Source of the DNA: Candidatus Paceibacter sp.
GTDB lineage: Bacteria; Patescibacteriota; Minisyncoccia; UBA6257; 02-FULL-45-10c
Direction of reading: 5' to 3'
Assembly (NCBI GenBank): GCA_020724845.1
Contig: DYGE01000005.1
Span: 6,116 to 70,115 of the forward strand
DNA length: 64,000 bases
Below are positions 52,793 through 62,162 of the stretch, piece after piece (position 1 is the stretch's first letter; each line of letters opens with the position of its first letter). The notes under the pieces are model-generated. The model saw only the letters and a list, made by a program, of their open reading frames with translations. It ran no database searches and had not been told where the DNA came from. The position numbers were made by a program, and so were the translations under genes.

Positions 52793-53849
52793 ACGGCCTT
52801 ACTTCTCTCGGGGTTCCGGTAGCTGTTCCATTTCCCCCGGATCCTCCGCCAGTTCCATTGCCATTAGTTCCATTTACCGGTACCGGCTCCAGTGATTCGC
52901 TGACCATAATCAATGTTTGCGCCTGGGCTGCCGGCTCTTCGCCTCTCTGCAAGATTACTTTGGCGGTATACAAACCGGGATTTTCATAGGTGCAAAGATT
53001 TTGCGCGGTTCTTGTATCTTCGGCAGTGGTAAATTGCGCGTCTATCGGAGTGGTTATATTGGTCCCAGGGTCTTCTCGGTGGCAATAAAAAGTGTAAGTA
53101 AACTGCATAGGCAGGTCAGGATTAGCCGATGCATCAGCAATTAAATTTACCCCGAAAAGAGGCGCTCCGTTTGAAGACGGTTCCGCGCTCAATGAAACTT
53201 GCAACGGCTCATTCAAATTTTCCCACCACAGCTGCAGTCGCGGCTGTTCTCCTGGCCATGGCTTATCCGGATATGTCGGAGTATTGAAATAATGAGCAAC
53301 ATATATTTGCGTATAGCCGCCGGGCAAAGTATAAATATTAGAGCTTGCCAACCTGCCATCGTTAGTACCCACGGTCTTCTTGAAATAAGGCCAAACTTGG
53401 AGCTCAACACTATCATTAGTAAATAGATGGAACCGATACTGCCCCGGTTTAAGATTAACTAATCCCCTGATTTCAGATCTTACATATACCCCGCTGTCAC
53501 ATGTATACAATATACTTCCTTCTATAGCAGACCAGCGGCTGCGAGCGCAACGCTCTCTTCCAAGCACATAACTTGAAGCAAACATTGTTCCTTGCAAATT
53601 AAAAGTGTTTTCAAAATTAACAAAATGAGAACCAACCTGGCCGGATGGCAAAGATAAATTATGCTGTTGAGTCAAATAAGAATCCAAGGATCCTCCACGC
53701 CATCCATTAAATTCTGCCTTCCAATCATAAAAACATAGACGAAATACATCGCTTGGATAATTATGGCATTGCGAGTGAGTAGCGTTTGCAACATACGCCC
53801 CGCCTATTGCAATAAAAAATATAATTAAAATCAAAAACTTATTTTTCAT
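52791..53849 (-). CDS. Secreted protein with PA14-like and PKD-like domains, G/N/T linker and EVRP tail
   Basis: Signal peptide; GQYRFHLFTNDSVEL...RLQLWW; TYENPGLYTAKV; ends GTPREVRP. Confidence 0.75.
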   Translation of the reverse strand: MKNKFLILIIFFIAIGGAYVANATHSQCHNYPSDVFRLCFYDWKAEFNGWRGGSLDSYLTQQHNLSLPSGQVGSHFVNFENTFNLQGTMFASSYVLGRERCARSRWSAIEGSILYTCDSGVYVRSEIRGLVNLKPGQYRFHLFTNDSVELQVWPYFKKTVGTNDGRLASSNIYTLPGGYTQIYVAHYFNTPTYPDKPWPGEQPRLQLWWENLNEPLQVSLSAEPSSNGAPLFGVNLIADASANPDLPMQFTYTFYCHREDPGTNITTPIDAQFTTAEDTRTAQNLCTYENPGLYTAKVILQRGEEPAAQAQTLIMVSESLEPVPVNGTNGNGTGGGSGGNGTATGTPREVRP

Positions 53850-53856
53850 ATGAATT

Positions 53857-54027
53857 TTATGGGAGTGGGTCTGTGGGCAATAGAACGCTCTCTGCTTCTC
53901 CGGTAGCTTCTATGGGCGGATTAGGCGGAATTAATTTAACTTGCTGCCTAAAATACCAAAAATAAATGCCTATGCCGACAAGAATCAACAAGGCTAAAAT
54001 TTCAATTGTCAGTATTTTTTTACTCAT
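53857..54027 (-). CDS. Small single-TM protein (MSKK type, 56 aa, below track cutoff)
   Basis: Hand translation MSKKILTIEILALLILVGIGIYFWYFRQQVKLIPPNPPIEATGEAESVLLPTDPLP; ends 7 nt before the PA14-like gene. Confidence 0.72.
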   Translation of the reverse strand: MSKKILTIEILALLILVGIGIYFWYFRQQVKLIPPNPPIEATGEAESVLLPTDPLP

Positions 54028-54042
54028 CCCGTTAAATAACTA

Positions 54043-54240
54043 CTATTGAGTTTGCACTAATAAAGAAAGCACCAGGATAGTCCAAAGGAGCGCAAAAACA
54101 GTTATCGCCCAGCCTTCTTTCCTGAATTGGGGTTCAGCAATCAGCGCCAAGCCGTAAACTATCCCCGCAGGGCCGCTTAAAATTGAGATAACAATGCCGA
54201 CCCAAAACCACTTTTGCCAAAATTTAAATTTATTTTCCAT
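54043..54240 (-). CDS. Small membrane protein (MENKFKFWQKWFW...)
   Basis: 65 aa, two to three hydrophobic segments; TATAAT 6 nt upstream of ATG 54240. Confidence 0.7.
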   Translation of the reverse strand: MENKFKFWQKWFWVGIVISILSGPAGIVYGLALIAEPQFRKEGWAITVFALLWTILVLSLLVQTQ

Positions 54241-54286
54241 ATTTATATTATAACAAATTATCCATCTTATACTATAATTAGTATAG

Positions 54287-54451
54287 ATGAAGACGCGCAA
54301 TCAAAAAGGTTTTTCTTTGGTGGAAATGCTGGTGATAGTAATGACTTTCGGATTGATTTCCGGGATTCTGATTGTTTACAGCCGGACCGCTGATTACGCT
54401 CACAACTACGCCGACCCAAAACCACTTTTTCCAGAATTTAAATTTATCCAT
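54287..54451. pseudogene. Chimeric remnant: 5' part of a pilin (+) joined tail to tail to the 5' part of a duplicate small membrane gene (-)
   Basis: Plus: MKTRNQKG|FSLVEML...YSRT, then homology ends. Minus from 54451: MDKFKFWKKWFWVGVVVSVISGPA, then homology ends. Junction near 54379-54388. Confidence 0.8.
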
Positions 54452-54579
54452 AGAGTATTCGCGAATATGGCAAATTTATTTTAATAACGCAAATATTATT
54501 CGCATCATTTTGCTAAATTCGCATTGTTAGCGATTACTCTCATTATAACAAATTAGGCAACTTATACTATAATTAATGT

Positions 54580-55128
54580 ATGAATAGCAAAGGATTTACG
54601 ATTGTGGAAGTGTTAGTAGTCATCAGCGTAACCGCTCTTTTGACCGGAGTATCTATTTTTTACAACCGCACCAGCCAAAAACAGATAACCCTTTTTAAGG
54701 AACAGGCCAAAATAATCAATACCGTCTTGCGCGCTAAATCTTTGGCGCTTACAACCTACACCAAGGAAGGCGCGCCTTGCGCTTACGGTATTCATTTTAA
54801 TAAAGATGCTAGAGAAATGAGAATTTTCCGCGATCTGGACGCTAGCGGAACAACTGACGATTGTGCAACCGCGGATAATCAATATGAAGCAACGCCTCCG
54901 CCAAACGCGGAAGATCTTGATCCTCCTGCCGTTGAGATATTAAGCGGCGAAATCAGCTTTATAGAACCTTTTAACCTGACCGATATCGTTTTCATACCGC
55001 CGCAGCCGGAAGTCGTTATTATCCCAGATCCGTCCCCGGCCACCGACGTTGCCATAGAAATAGGAACCGCTGACGGCGTTTCGAAATTAATAAAAATAAA
55101 CAGTTTCGGCCAAGTGACCGCGCAATAA
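54580..55128 (+). CDS. Minor pilin (FimT/FimU-like)
   Basis: KG|FTIVEVLVV prepilin motif; AYGIHF; C-terminal IKINSFGQV. Confidence 0.85.
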   Translation: MNSKGFTIVEVLVVISVTALLTGVSIFYNRTSQKQITLFKEQAKIINTVLRAKSLALTTYTKEGAPCAYGIHFNKDAREMRIFRDLDASGTTDDCATADNQYEATPPPNAEDLDPPAVEILSGEISFIEPFNLTDIVFIPPQPEVVIIPDPSPATDVAIEIGTADGVSKLIKINSFGQVTAQ

Positions 55129-55129
55129 T

Positions 55130-55672
55130 ATGGATAACAAAGGGCAAGTCTTAGTTGAAGCAATAGTTGCCATTACCATAGCAACCGTCGGGTTATTGGG
55201 TATTTTCGGTTTAATGAACCGATCCCTAAGCTTAAACCGCCAGACCGGAGACCAGTATGTCGCCGCCAACCTGGCCATGGAAGGAGTGGAAGTGATAAAA
55301 AATATGATTGACAACAATATCATCCAAGGGCTTCCTTGGAATAACGGCATTTCTGACGGGATATATGAAGTTATGTATAATGACGCGGGGCTAAGCAGAA
55401 AAATACTAGGCGCGGATCCGGTTGCGGACTGCAATTCCGCCTTCATATTACAAGATGAAAATACCGACTACCTGGACTTTGACCCAATAACCGGAATCTA
55501 TGGATACGGCTTTTCAGAGCAAACTAGGTATAAGCGGGGTGTCTGCGTAAGAAATCTCCTCGGCGGGAACGAAATACAGGTTAACGCGATAATAGTTTGG
55601 ACCACCAGAGGCCAGGCAGTCTTTGATATCAATCTGGAAGATCATTTCTATAATTGGAGACCGGAACTATAA
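55130..55672 (+). CDS. Minor pilin (PilV-like)
   Basis: KG|QVLVEAIVA; AANLAMEGVE; ends FYNWR. Confidence 0.8.
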   Translation: MDNKGQVLVEAIVAITIATVGLLGIFGLMNRSLSLNRQTGDQYVAANLAMEGVEVIKNMIDNNIIQGLPWNNGISDGIYEVMYNDAGLSRKILGADPVADCNSAFILQDENTDYLDFDPITGIYGYGFSEQTRYKRGVCVRNLLGGNEIQVNAIIVWTTRGQAVFDINLEDHFYNWRPEL

Positions 55673-55703
55673 AACGTCTAGCGTTTAGAATTGAAATAGG
55701 ATT

Positions 55704-56294
55704 ATGAAAAATATTTTTAATATATCAAATTTGCGAAGCGAGCTGAGCGCTGAAAAAGGTTTCACTGTCGTGGAGCTAATCGTCGCCTTTGGGCTATTTG
55801 CCATCGTACTTTCCATAGTCACCGGAACTTTTATAAAATCCCTGCGCACCCAGCAGCAAATCACGGCTTTCATCGCCGCCAACAGCAATGCCAGCCTGAC
55901 CATCGAGCAGATAGCAAGAGAGATAAGAACCGGACAAGATTTCTGCGTAGACCCGAACGCCGTCTGCGAGTTGGATAACGGAGACATATATAATGACATA
56001 GTCTTTACCAATGCCAGAGGACAGCAAGTAAAATACAGTCTTGCCGAACGGACTATCGGCTCCAATGTCATTCAATCTATCATGCGCAGCGTGGATGGCG
56101 GCCAAGCTATTCCGGTAACAGCCGATAACGTCAATATCCAAAGATTGAAATTCTACCTTAGCGGCCAGGAAACCGCGGACGGCCAAAATCCGAAAATAAC
56201 TATCGTGCTTGGCGCCGGATCTCCCAGTATTTCTTTCGCGGACCTGCTGATAAACTTGCAGACTACTATCAGCTCGCGTATATTGCAGACCTAA
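55704..56294 (+). CDS. Minor pilin (PilW-like)
   Basis: KG|FTVVELIVA; IAREIRTG; LQTTISSR. Confidence 0.85.
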   Translation: MKNIFNISNLRSELSAEKGFTVVELIVAFGLFAIVLSIVTGTFIKSLRTQQQITAFIAANSNASLTIEQIAREIRTGQDFCVDPNAVCELDNGDIYNDIVFTNARGQQVKYSLAERTIGSNVIQSIMRSVDGGQAIPVTADNVNIQRLKFYLSGQETADGQNPKITIVLGAGSPSISFADLLINLQTTISSRILQT

Positions 56295-57154
56295 TACAAA
56301 TTGAAGAAGCTAAAATAGGCGCGAAGCAGATTTTCACCGAAGAAAAAGAGCGTTAGCGTCCCAGCTATTAGAAATGGCCCGAACGGCACTTGGCTCTTCA
56401 TATTCTTTTTTTGGAAGAGAATCAGCGCCAAACTCACAATCGCGCCTATAAAAGTTCCAAATATGAAAAGGAATAAGGTATCCGGCCAGCCGAATAAAAC
56501 CCCAAGCGCCGCCATTAATTTCAAGTCACCCATGCCCATTCCCCTTCCTTTAGTAATAAGAATTATCAAACCGACGATCGACGCGCCGATTAAGGCGCCG
56601 AATAGATGATTCAGAATCACGCTTTCGCGCAAACCAAACAGTGCCGCGTAACTTCCTATGAAAGATCCTTGGAATTCCCCGAATTGCGCGTAAAAAGTGG
56701 TTGACGCAATCCTAAAAAAACCAAGAAGGGCCAAGCTAATATTCAATTCGTCCGGGATCAGGTACAAGCGATAATCAATCGTCCCGATTAGAATAAAGGT
56801 CAAAAAAACGGCAATCCAGACGGCACTTTCTATAAGGGTCTGGGGTAGAGGGTAGAGGGTATAGTTAGAAAAATATAATGGGAGTAAAAATACAAAACCG
56901 CTCGCCAGCTCCACCAACGGATACTGCCAGGAAATTTTCTTACCGCAGGTCATGCATTTTCCGCGCTGAATCAAAAAACTCAAAACCGGCACCAACTCAA
57001 ACCAGCTTAAAGTGGCGCCGCAAGACGGGCAATGCGATCTGCCGAGCAAATTTCTAAAATCAAAAACGTTCTTTTCTGGGTCATAGCGAAGGGAAACAAC
57101 ATTGAGGAAACTCCCAACTATAAGACCGAAAAGAAAAAGAAAAAAGTAGGTCAT
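56291..57154 (-). CDS. pilD: Prepilin peptidase (A24)
   Basis: GSFLNVV..R, RSHCPSC, GKCMTC, YPLVEL, ID...IPD, GMGDLKL, PFGPFL. Start set to ATG 57154. Confidence 0.95.
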   Translation of the reverse strand: MTYFFLFLFGLIVGSFLNVVSLRYDPEKNVFDFRNLLGRSHCPSCGATLSWFELVPVLSFLIQRGKCMTCGKKISWQYPLVELASGFVFLLPLYFSNYTLYPLPQTLIESAVWIAVFLTFILIGTIDYRLYLIPDELNISLALLGFFRIASTTFYAQFGEFQGSFIGSYAALFGLRESVILNHLFGALIGASIVGLIILITKGRGMGMGDLKLMAALGVLFGWPDTLFLFIFGTFIGAIVSLALILFQKKNMKSQVPFGPFLIAGTLTLFFFGENLLRAYFSFFNLY

Positions 57155-57243
57155 AGCCAATACCACTATAATATCAATTATAAAACGCAAACGCCACGAA
57201 AGTTCGCGGCGTTTGTACTTCTATAAGAAGCGCTGCTGACGGC

Positions 57244-57720
57244 TTAGAATTGTACGCAATAAACCGGATTCGGGGTATCACTGCAATCAATACCGAATAC
57301 AGTACCATCCACGTCATCATCTAGAGAACGGTCGCCTACGTTTTCCAAGACGGCGCCGATAATATAGCTCTGGCCATCACCAGACACTCCGTAGCGATAA
57401 TCATTGGTTCCCAATGGATCAGTTGGAACCTTGGTAATTCCCAATCCGCTAGTGCCGGTAAGCGCAGTTGATAGCGCTGACCAAGTCTTTGCTCCGGCAG
57501 TGCCGGCATCGCAGTCCGCGGCACCCGGGTATCGTCCGCAACGTGTATAATAAATCTCCACGCCCTGCTGAACACTCTTGATGTCAGCCAACCTTCGCGC
57601 GTCCCTGCCTCGGGAGCGAAAACCAGCCAAACCAACCAAGAAGACAGAGGACAGTAAGCCGACGATGGAAATAACCACCAAAATTTCAATCAAAGTAAAG
57701 CCCTTTTTAGATGCTGTCAT
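57244..57720 (-). CDS. Type IV (probably major) pilin
   Basis: KKG|FTLIEILVVISIVGLL, RDARRLADI, VPTDP, C-terminal Cys pair; own terminator at 57188-57215. Confidence 0.9.
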   Translation of the reverse strand: MTASKKGFTLIEILVVISIVGLLSSVFLVGLAGFRSRGRDARRLADIKSVQQGVEIYYTRCGRYPGAADCDAGTAGAKTWSALSTALTGTSGLGITKVPTDPLGTNDYRYGVSGDGQSYIIGAVLENVGDRSLDDDVDGTVFGIDCSDTPNPVYCVQF

Positions 57721-57789
57721 TGATTAATTAATTGATTAATTAATTTTTTCGACTTTTTTTAAGTATAACATATTCATATAGCGGAATAG

Positions 57790-58998
57790 TTAGAATGCCC
57801 GGGTCAAGTTGAATATCGGCAGCAAAATGGCAACGAAAAGAACTCCAACTGCTATACCGATGAATACCATTAAGGCGGGCTGGATCAGCTCAACTAGCCG
57901 TCCGATTAAATCATCAACTTCTCTGGAGTAAAACGAAGAGACTCTGGACAGGAGAGCTTCCAGCTTGCCGGTAGATTCTCCTACCGACACCATTTGGCTC
58001 ACCAACGGAGGGAAAAACTCATCGTGCTCCTGAAGCGCTTGAGACATTAATTCGCCGCCCCTTACCGATTCGGCAATCTTATGCAGAATATCGCTGTAAA
58101 TAGGACTCCCAATAGTGCGTCCGGAAATTTCTATAGCTTGCGCCACCGGCAAACCGCCCCGAATCAGCACGGCCACAGATTCCGCGAAGCGCGCTACATA
58201 CAATTTTTTGTAAAGATTCCCAAGAATAGGCACTCGCAGCCGCACTTCATCCAGTATGATTTTCCCCTCTTCCGTTCTCAAATAATCGTAGATGACAAAT
58301 ACGATCACTCCCAAGGTTATCGCTATTGCCAGCCACCAGTTAGTAAGAAAATCCCCGCTTCCAAGCAAAATTCTGGTTATCAAAGGAAGCTCCACTCCGG
58401 ATTCCTGAAAAACCGGAGCCAGCTGCGGGAAAACAAAGCCAATTAACACTCCGCCAACCACGCCAAAAAGAATGATGACAATTATCGGATAGATTAAGGC
58501 ATTCCTTATACGCGACACTAAACCCGCCTCCTTTTCCAAATATTCAGCTAAAAAGCCGATAACTTCTTCCAAACGCCCGGTTATCTCCGCGGAGCTAACC
58601 ATGCTCACATAAAATTCAGAGAAGGCTCCCGGATGTTTTTTCAACGCTTGAGAAAGCGACAGGCCGGCGTCTATATCCGAAGAAACTTCCGAAATAATTT
58701 CCTTCAGAATCGGATTTTTAGTTTGCTTGTAAAGATTGCGCAGGGCATCGCCTAAAGAAATTTTGGCTTCCAAAAAAGTGGCGAATTGCCTAGTGAACAC
58801 CATCACGTCCGCCGACTTCACTCGCTCAAAGATATTAACCAACCGCTTATACCAAGGGAGAGCTTCGGCGGAAACTAGGCTGAGCAGAACCAGATCGTGG
58901 CCGGTTAAAACATTAATGGCCGCTTCTCGGTTAGCCGCCTCCACAAAACCAGTCTGAAGCTCCCCTTGTTTAGTTCTGGCATTATAACGAAATTTCAT
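57790..58998 (-). CDS. pilC: Type IV pilus platform protein PilC
   Basis: Two T2SSF repeats, FTRQFA, EITGRL, ALIYP, GESTGKL. Confidence 0.93.
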   Translation of the reverse strand: MKFRYNARTKQGELQTGFVEAANREAAINVLTGHDLVLLSLVSAEALPWYKRLVNIFERVKSADVMVFTRQFATFLEAKISLGDALRNLYKQTKNPILKEIISEVSSDIDAGLSLSQALKKHPGAFSEFYVSMVSSAEITGRLEEVIGFLAEYLEKEAGLVSRIRNALIYPIIVIILFGVVGGVLIGFVFPQLAPVFQESGVELPLITRILLGSGDFLTNWWLAIAITLGVIVFVIYDYLRTEEGKIILDEVRLRVPILGNLYKKLYVARFAESVAVLIRGGLPVAQAIEISGRTIGSPIYSDILHKIAESVRGGELMSQALQEHDEFFPPLVSQMVSVGESTGKLEALLSRVSSFYSREVDDLIGRLVELIQPALMVFIGIAVGVLFVAILLPIFNLTRAF

Positions 58999-59006
58999 CC
59001 TTTCTT

Positions 59007-60098
59007 TTATTTAATCTGCCCGCTTTCCAGCAGAACCCGCAATTCCGCCGGGTTCAAAGAATAAAGCTCGGCGCTTTCCAAAGAAATTTCCCTGTTGAGA
59101 ACCAGTTTAGCCAGCGAGCGATTAAGAGAAATCATCCCGTCTTTAACGCTGGTTTCAATGACTAAGTCTATTTGATGAGTTTTCCTCTCGCGAATCAGGT
59201 TTCTGATGGCCGGATTCACAAGCATAACCTCTACCGCCGGGATGCGGCCGCCGTCGATTCTCGGAACCAGCCGCTCTGAAATTATCCCGACCAAAGTGGA
59301 AGAAAGCTGGGTAATAATTTGGGACTGCTGTTCTGGCGGAAAGCTGTCTATTATTCTATCAATAGTTTGCGCGGCGGAATTGGTGTGGAGAGTGGAAAAA
59401 ACCAAGTGCCCGGTTTCAGCGGCAGTCATAGCGGTGGAAATTGAACCTTGATCGCGCATTTCTCCGATCATGACCACGTCCGGATCCTGCCTAAGCAGAG
59501 TGCGCAGGCCGTCATGAAAACTCAAAGCATCTGCCCCAACCTCTCTTTGAGATACTATGCAGCGATCTTGTGTGAATAGATATTCAATCGGATCCTCAAT
59601 GGTAATAATGTGATCAGTTCGCTGATGATTAATTTGATCTAGAATAGCCGCCACCGTTGTTGATTTTCCATGGCCGGCAGGACCCACCACCAAAACAAAA
59701 CCTTGAGAGAGACGGGAAAAATTTTGAATAATCGGCGGCAAACCCAACTCTTCAAGAGACTGCACTTTGCCTGGGATGAGGCGAAGAGCGGCTGCCATAT
59801 CTCCACGCTGAAAAAATACGTTGACTCGGAACCTTGCCTTATCTTCATAGGAGTACGCAAGGTCAATCTGCTTTTCCTGCAATAATTTTTCTTTTTGTTC
59901 AGGAGTCAGCAAGGCGCTCACTAATCCTTCCGCTGATTCGGAAGTTAAAACTTCCTCCTGCTGTAGCGGCGCCAAAACCCCATCTAATCTTAGAGTGGGC
60001 TTTCGGCCAACCGATAAATGGAGATCAGAAGCGTTTTGCTTTACCGCCGTTGATAAATACGATTCCAGTAATTGTTTGTATTTGTTATTAGTAGGCAT
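59007..60098 (-). CDS. pilT: Pilus retraction ATPase PilT
   Basis: ASDLHL, GPAGHGKSTT, TIEDPIE, AAETGHLVFSTLHT, AIRNLIRE. Confidence 0.95.
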   Translation of the reverse strand: MPTNNKYKQLLESYLSTAVKQNASDLHLSVGRKPTLRLDGVLAPLQQEEVLTSESAEGLVSALLTPEQKEKLLQEKQIDLAYSYEDKARFRVNVFFQRGDMAAALRLIPGKVQSLEELGLPPIIQNFSRLSQGFVLVVGPAGHGKSTTVAAILDQINHQRTDHIITIEDPIEYLFTQDRCIVSQREVGADALSFHDGLRTLLRQDPDVVMIGEMRDQGSISTAMTAAETGHLVFSTLHTNSAAQTIDRIIDSFPPEQQSQIITQLSSTLVGIISERLVPRIDGGRIPAVEVMLVNPAIRNLIRERKTHQIDLVIETSVKDGMISLNRSLAKLVLNREISLESAELYSLNPAELRVLLESGQIK

Positions 60099-60134
60099 AC
60101 ATTTATTATATTCTTTAGCGGGAGATACTAAAAG

Positions 60135-61865
60135 TTATAGCTCCTCCGTTTCTCTTAAAACCTCTTCCAGGCTCACCAAGCCATCCAAGGCCTTCAGAAT
60201 GCCATCTTGCCGCATTGCTATCATACCCTGCCTTCGCGCCTCTTCCAAAAGCTTAGCTTCGCTGAATCCGGAATTTATTACCTCCTGCAATTGAGGGGTC
60301 ATGATTAAGGCCTCAAAAATCGCAACCCTGCCGACAGTGCCTTTCTCATTGCATTCTTTGCAGCCGGCCGCTCTGTAAATTTTGACATCTTTTATTTTTT
60401 TTCTGGTTTCCGCCGGCATCTTTTCCAATTCCCTGTTAAGAATTTCCCCCAACTTTCCGGACGGGACTTCGGCTTTCTTGCAATTCTGGCAAAGCCGGCC
60501 CAACAACCGCTGAGCCATCATCAAATTTAAAGAAGACGGGAGCAGAAAGCTGTCAACTTGCATATCAATCAAGCGAGGGATGACTCCAAGCGCGTTATTA
60601 GTGTGGAGAGTAGAAAGCACAATATGCCCGGTAAGGGCGGCATTAATGGTAAGTTGGGCGGTTTCTTTATCCCGCACCTCTCCCACCATAATAACATCCG
60701 GGTCTTGCCTCAAAATCTGCCTCAATCCGGAAGCAAAAGTATAGCCGATCTCCGGCTTCACTTGCGATTGGTTGACGCCTTCAAGGTAATATTCAACCGG
60801 ATCCTCCAAGCTGACTATATTCACATCCGGAGTATTTAAAATCTGGAAAATAGCGTAAAGCGTGGTGCTCTTTCCGGAACCGGTCGGACCAGTAACTAGA
60901 ATTAAGCCGTACGGCTTATCAATCGCCTCTCTGACTATTTCCGCGTTCCTGCCAATCAGCCCCAGCCCCTCTAAATCCTTCAGGCCGACAGTCGGGTCAA
61001 GAATTCGGAGAGCCACCTTTTCCCCATTGGGCGTCGGGAAGGTCGCAACACGAAAATCAATATCTCTTCCGAAAATAATGGAGCGAAATCGGCCGTCCTG
61101 CGGCACCCTAGTCTCATCCAATTTCAAGCTGGCCAGAACTTTAATTCTTGAAATAAATGGCTGATGAATTTCCGGCGGCATCTTGCTGACCTCTATAAGA
61201 TCGCCGTTAACTCGGAACCGAACCCGGAAGCTGGAGCGCTGCGGCTCAAGGTGTATGTCTGAAGCTCCCACGTTAATCGCCTCTTTCAAAGTAGAGGCTA
61301 CAAGCTTGATAACCGGAGCCTCCTCGGCTGTCTTTGCTCCTTCTTCTATTCCGACAATCTTCCCGCCGGCCGCGGTAAACTTTGAAGACTTCAGATTCAG
61401 CGACTGCAGAGCCTCCTCCACTTCATCTTTATAGGGAGAATACTTCCGCATCACCAAGTCAAAATCTCCCGGAGTAATAAGATAAACTCCGAGGTTAATC
61501 TTTTGCTGCTTAGCCACGAAACGCAAAGCTTCTTGGGCTTGGGCATTGGTCGGTTCCAGCATCCCGACCACTAGCATATCCTTGGTTTTGGACAGCGGCA
61601 CAACTTTATAAGTTCGGGCGACTTCCTCGCTGATGCTGGAAAGCAATTCCTTAGTTATGGTATCTAAATTAATTTTCCGAAAAGGAATACTTAAAATCTT
61701 GCTTTTTACTTTTGCCACCTCCTCTTCATCTATCAAATTGCGATCATAAATAAGCTGTTCGGCAGTTCTTCCAATAGCCGCAGCTTCTCCCTGTATTTTA
61801 TTAGCCGCGTCCTGCGCCAACAGGCCGGCAGCAACCAAATTTTCTAAAAGTTTTTTATCGTCCAC
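60135..61865 (-). CDS. pilB: Pilus assembly ATPase PilB (GspE family)
   Basis: ASDIHLEP, RVPQDGR, GPTGSGKSTTLY, LRQDPD, tetracysteine CQNC...CKEC. Confidence 0.95.
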   Translation of the reverse strand: MDDKKLLENLVAAGLLAQDAANKIQGEAAAIGRTAEQLIYDRNLIDEEEVAKVKSKILSIPFRKINLDTITKELLSSISEEVARTYKVVPLSKTKDMLVVGMLEPTNAQAQEALRFVAKQQKINLGVYLITPGDFDLVMRKYSPYKDEVEEALQSLNLKSSKFTAAGGKIVGIEEGAKTAEEAPVIKLVASTLKEAINVGASDIHLEPQRSSFRVRFRVNGDLIEVSKMPPEIHQPFISRIKVLASLKLDETRVPQDGRFRSIIFGRDIDFRVATFPTPNGEKVALRILDPTVGLKDLEGLGLIGRNAEIVREAIDKPYGLILVTGPTGSGKSTTLYAIFQILNTPDVNIVSLEDPVEYYLEGVNQSQVKPEIGYTFASGLRQILRQDPDVIMVGEVRDKETAQLTINAALTGHIVLSTLHTNNALGVIPRLIDMQVDSFLLPSSLNLMMAQRLLGRLCQNCKKAEVPSGKLGEILNRELEKMPAETRKKIKDVKIYRAAGCKECNEKGTVGRVAIFEALIMTPQLQEVINSGFSEAKLLEEARRQGMIAMRQDGILKALDGLVSLEEVLRETEEL

Positions 61866-61868
61866 AAC

Positions 61869-62159
61869 CTAAAAACTAATAAATGGATTCGCCCTCCCCG
61901 CTTCTCCGACCGATGGCCTGTCTATGTAACGGCGCAGCGACTTGAATGAATCGCTGTTAACTACCCCCGCAGGATCGAAGCGAATGCCGGAGAGCTCCGA
62001 AGTAGAGCGCACAGCCGGAGGAGCTATAACCTCTATGACCGGAGTCGGGGCAAAAAACAAAAAGTAGATGCCCCCGCCGATAACAATCAGGGCCGCCAGG
62101 ATCCCTGCCAATATTTTCCAATTTATTTGCCTTTCTTCTCCGCCTAGAACTATTGCCAT
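61869..62159 (-). CDS. Small single-TM pilus-locus protein (in the PilP position)
   Basis: TM plus C-terminal GRANPF; lies between pilO and pilB. Confidence 0.65.
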   Translation of the reverse strand: MAIVLGGEERQINWKILAGILAALIVIGGGIYFLFFAPTPVIEVIAPPAVRSTSELSGIRFDPAGVVNSDSFKSLRRYIDRPSVGEAGRANPFISF

Positions 62160-62162
62160 AAA

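Noticed and set aside
54287-54484. 65-aa ORF as an intact small pilin
   Set aside because: Its second half is the antisense of a duplicated membrane-gene fragment, so it is a chimeric remnant.
49217-56309. 11-bp inverted repeat (cttcttcaatt at 49217-49227, aattgaagaag at 56299-56309) as invertase sites
   Set aside because: Inversion there would destroy the EVRP tail and the pilD C-terminus, the match is short and AT-rich, and no recombinase is present.
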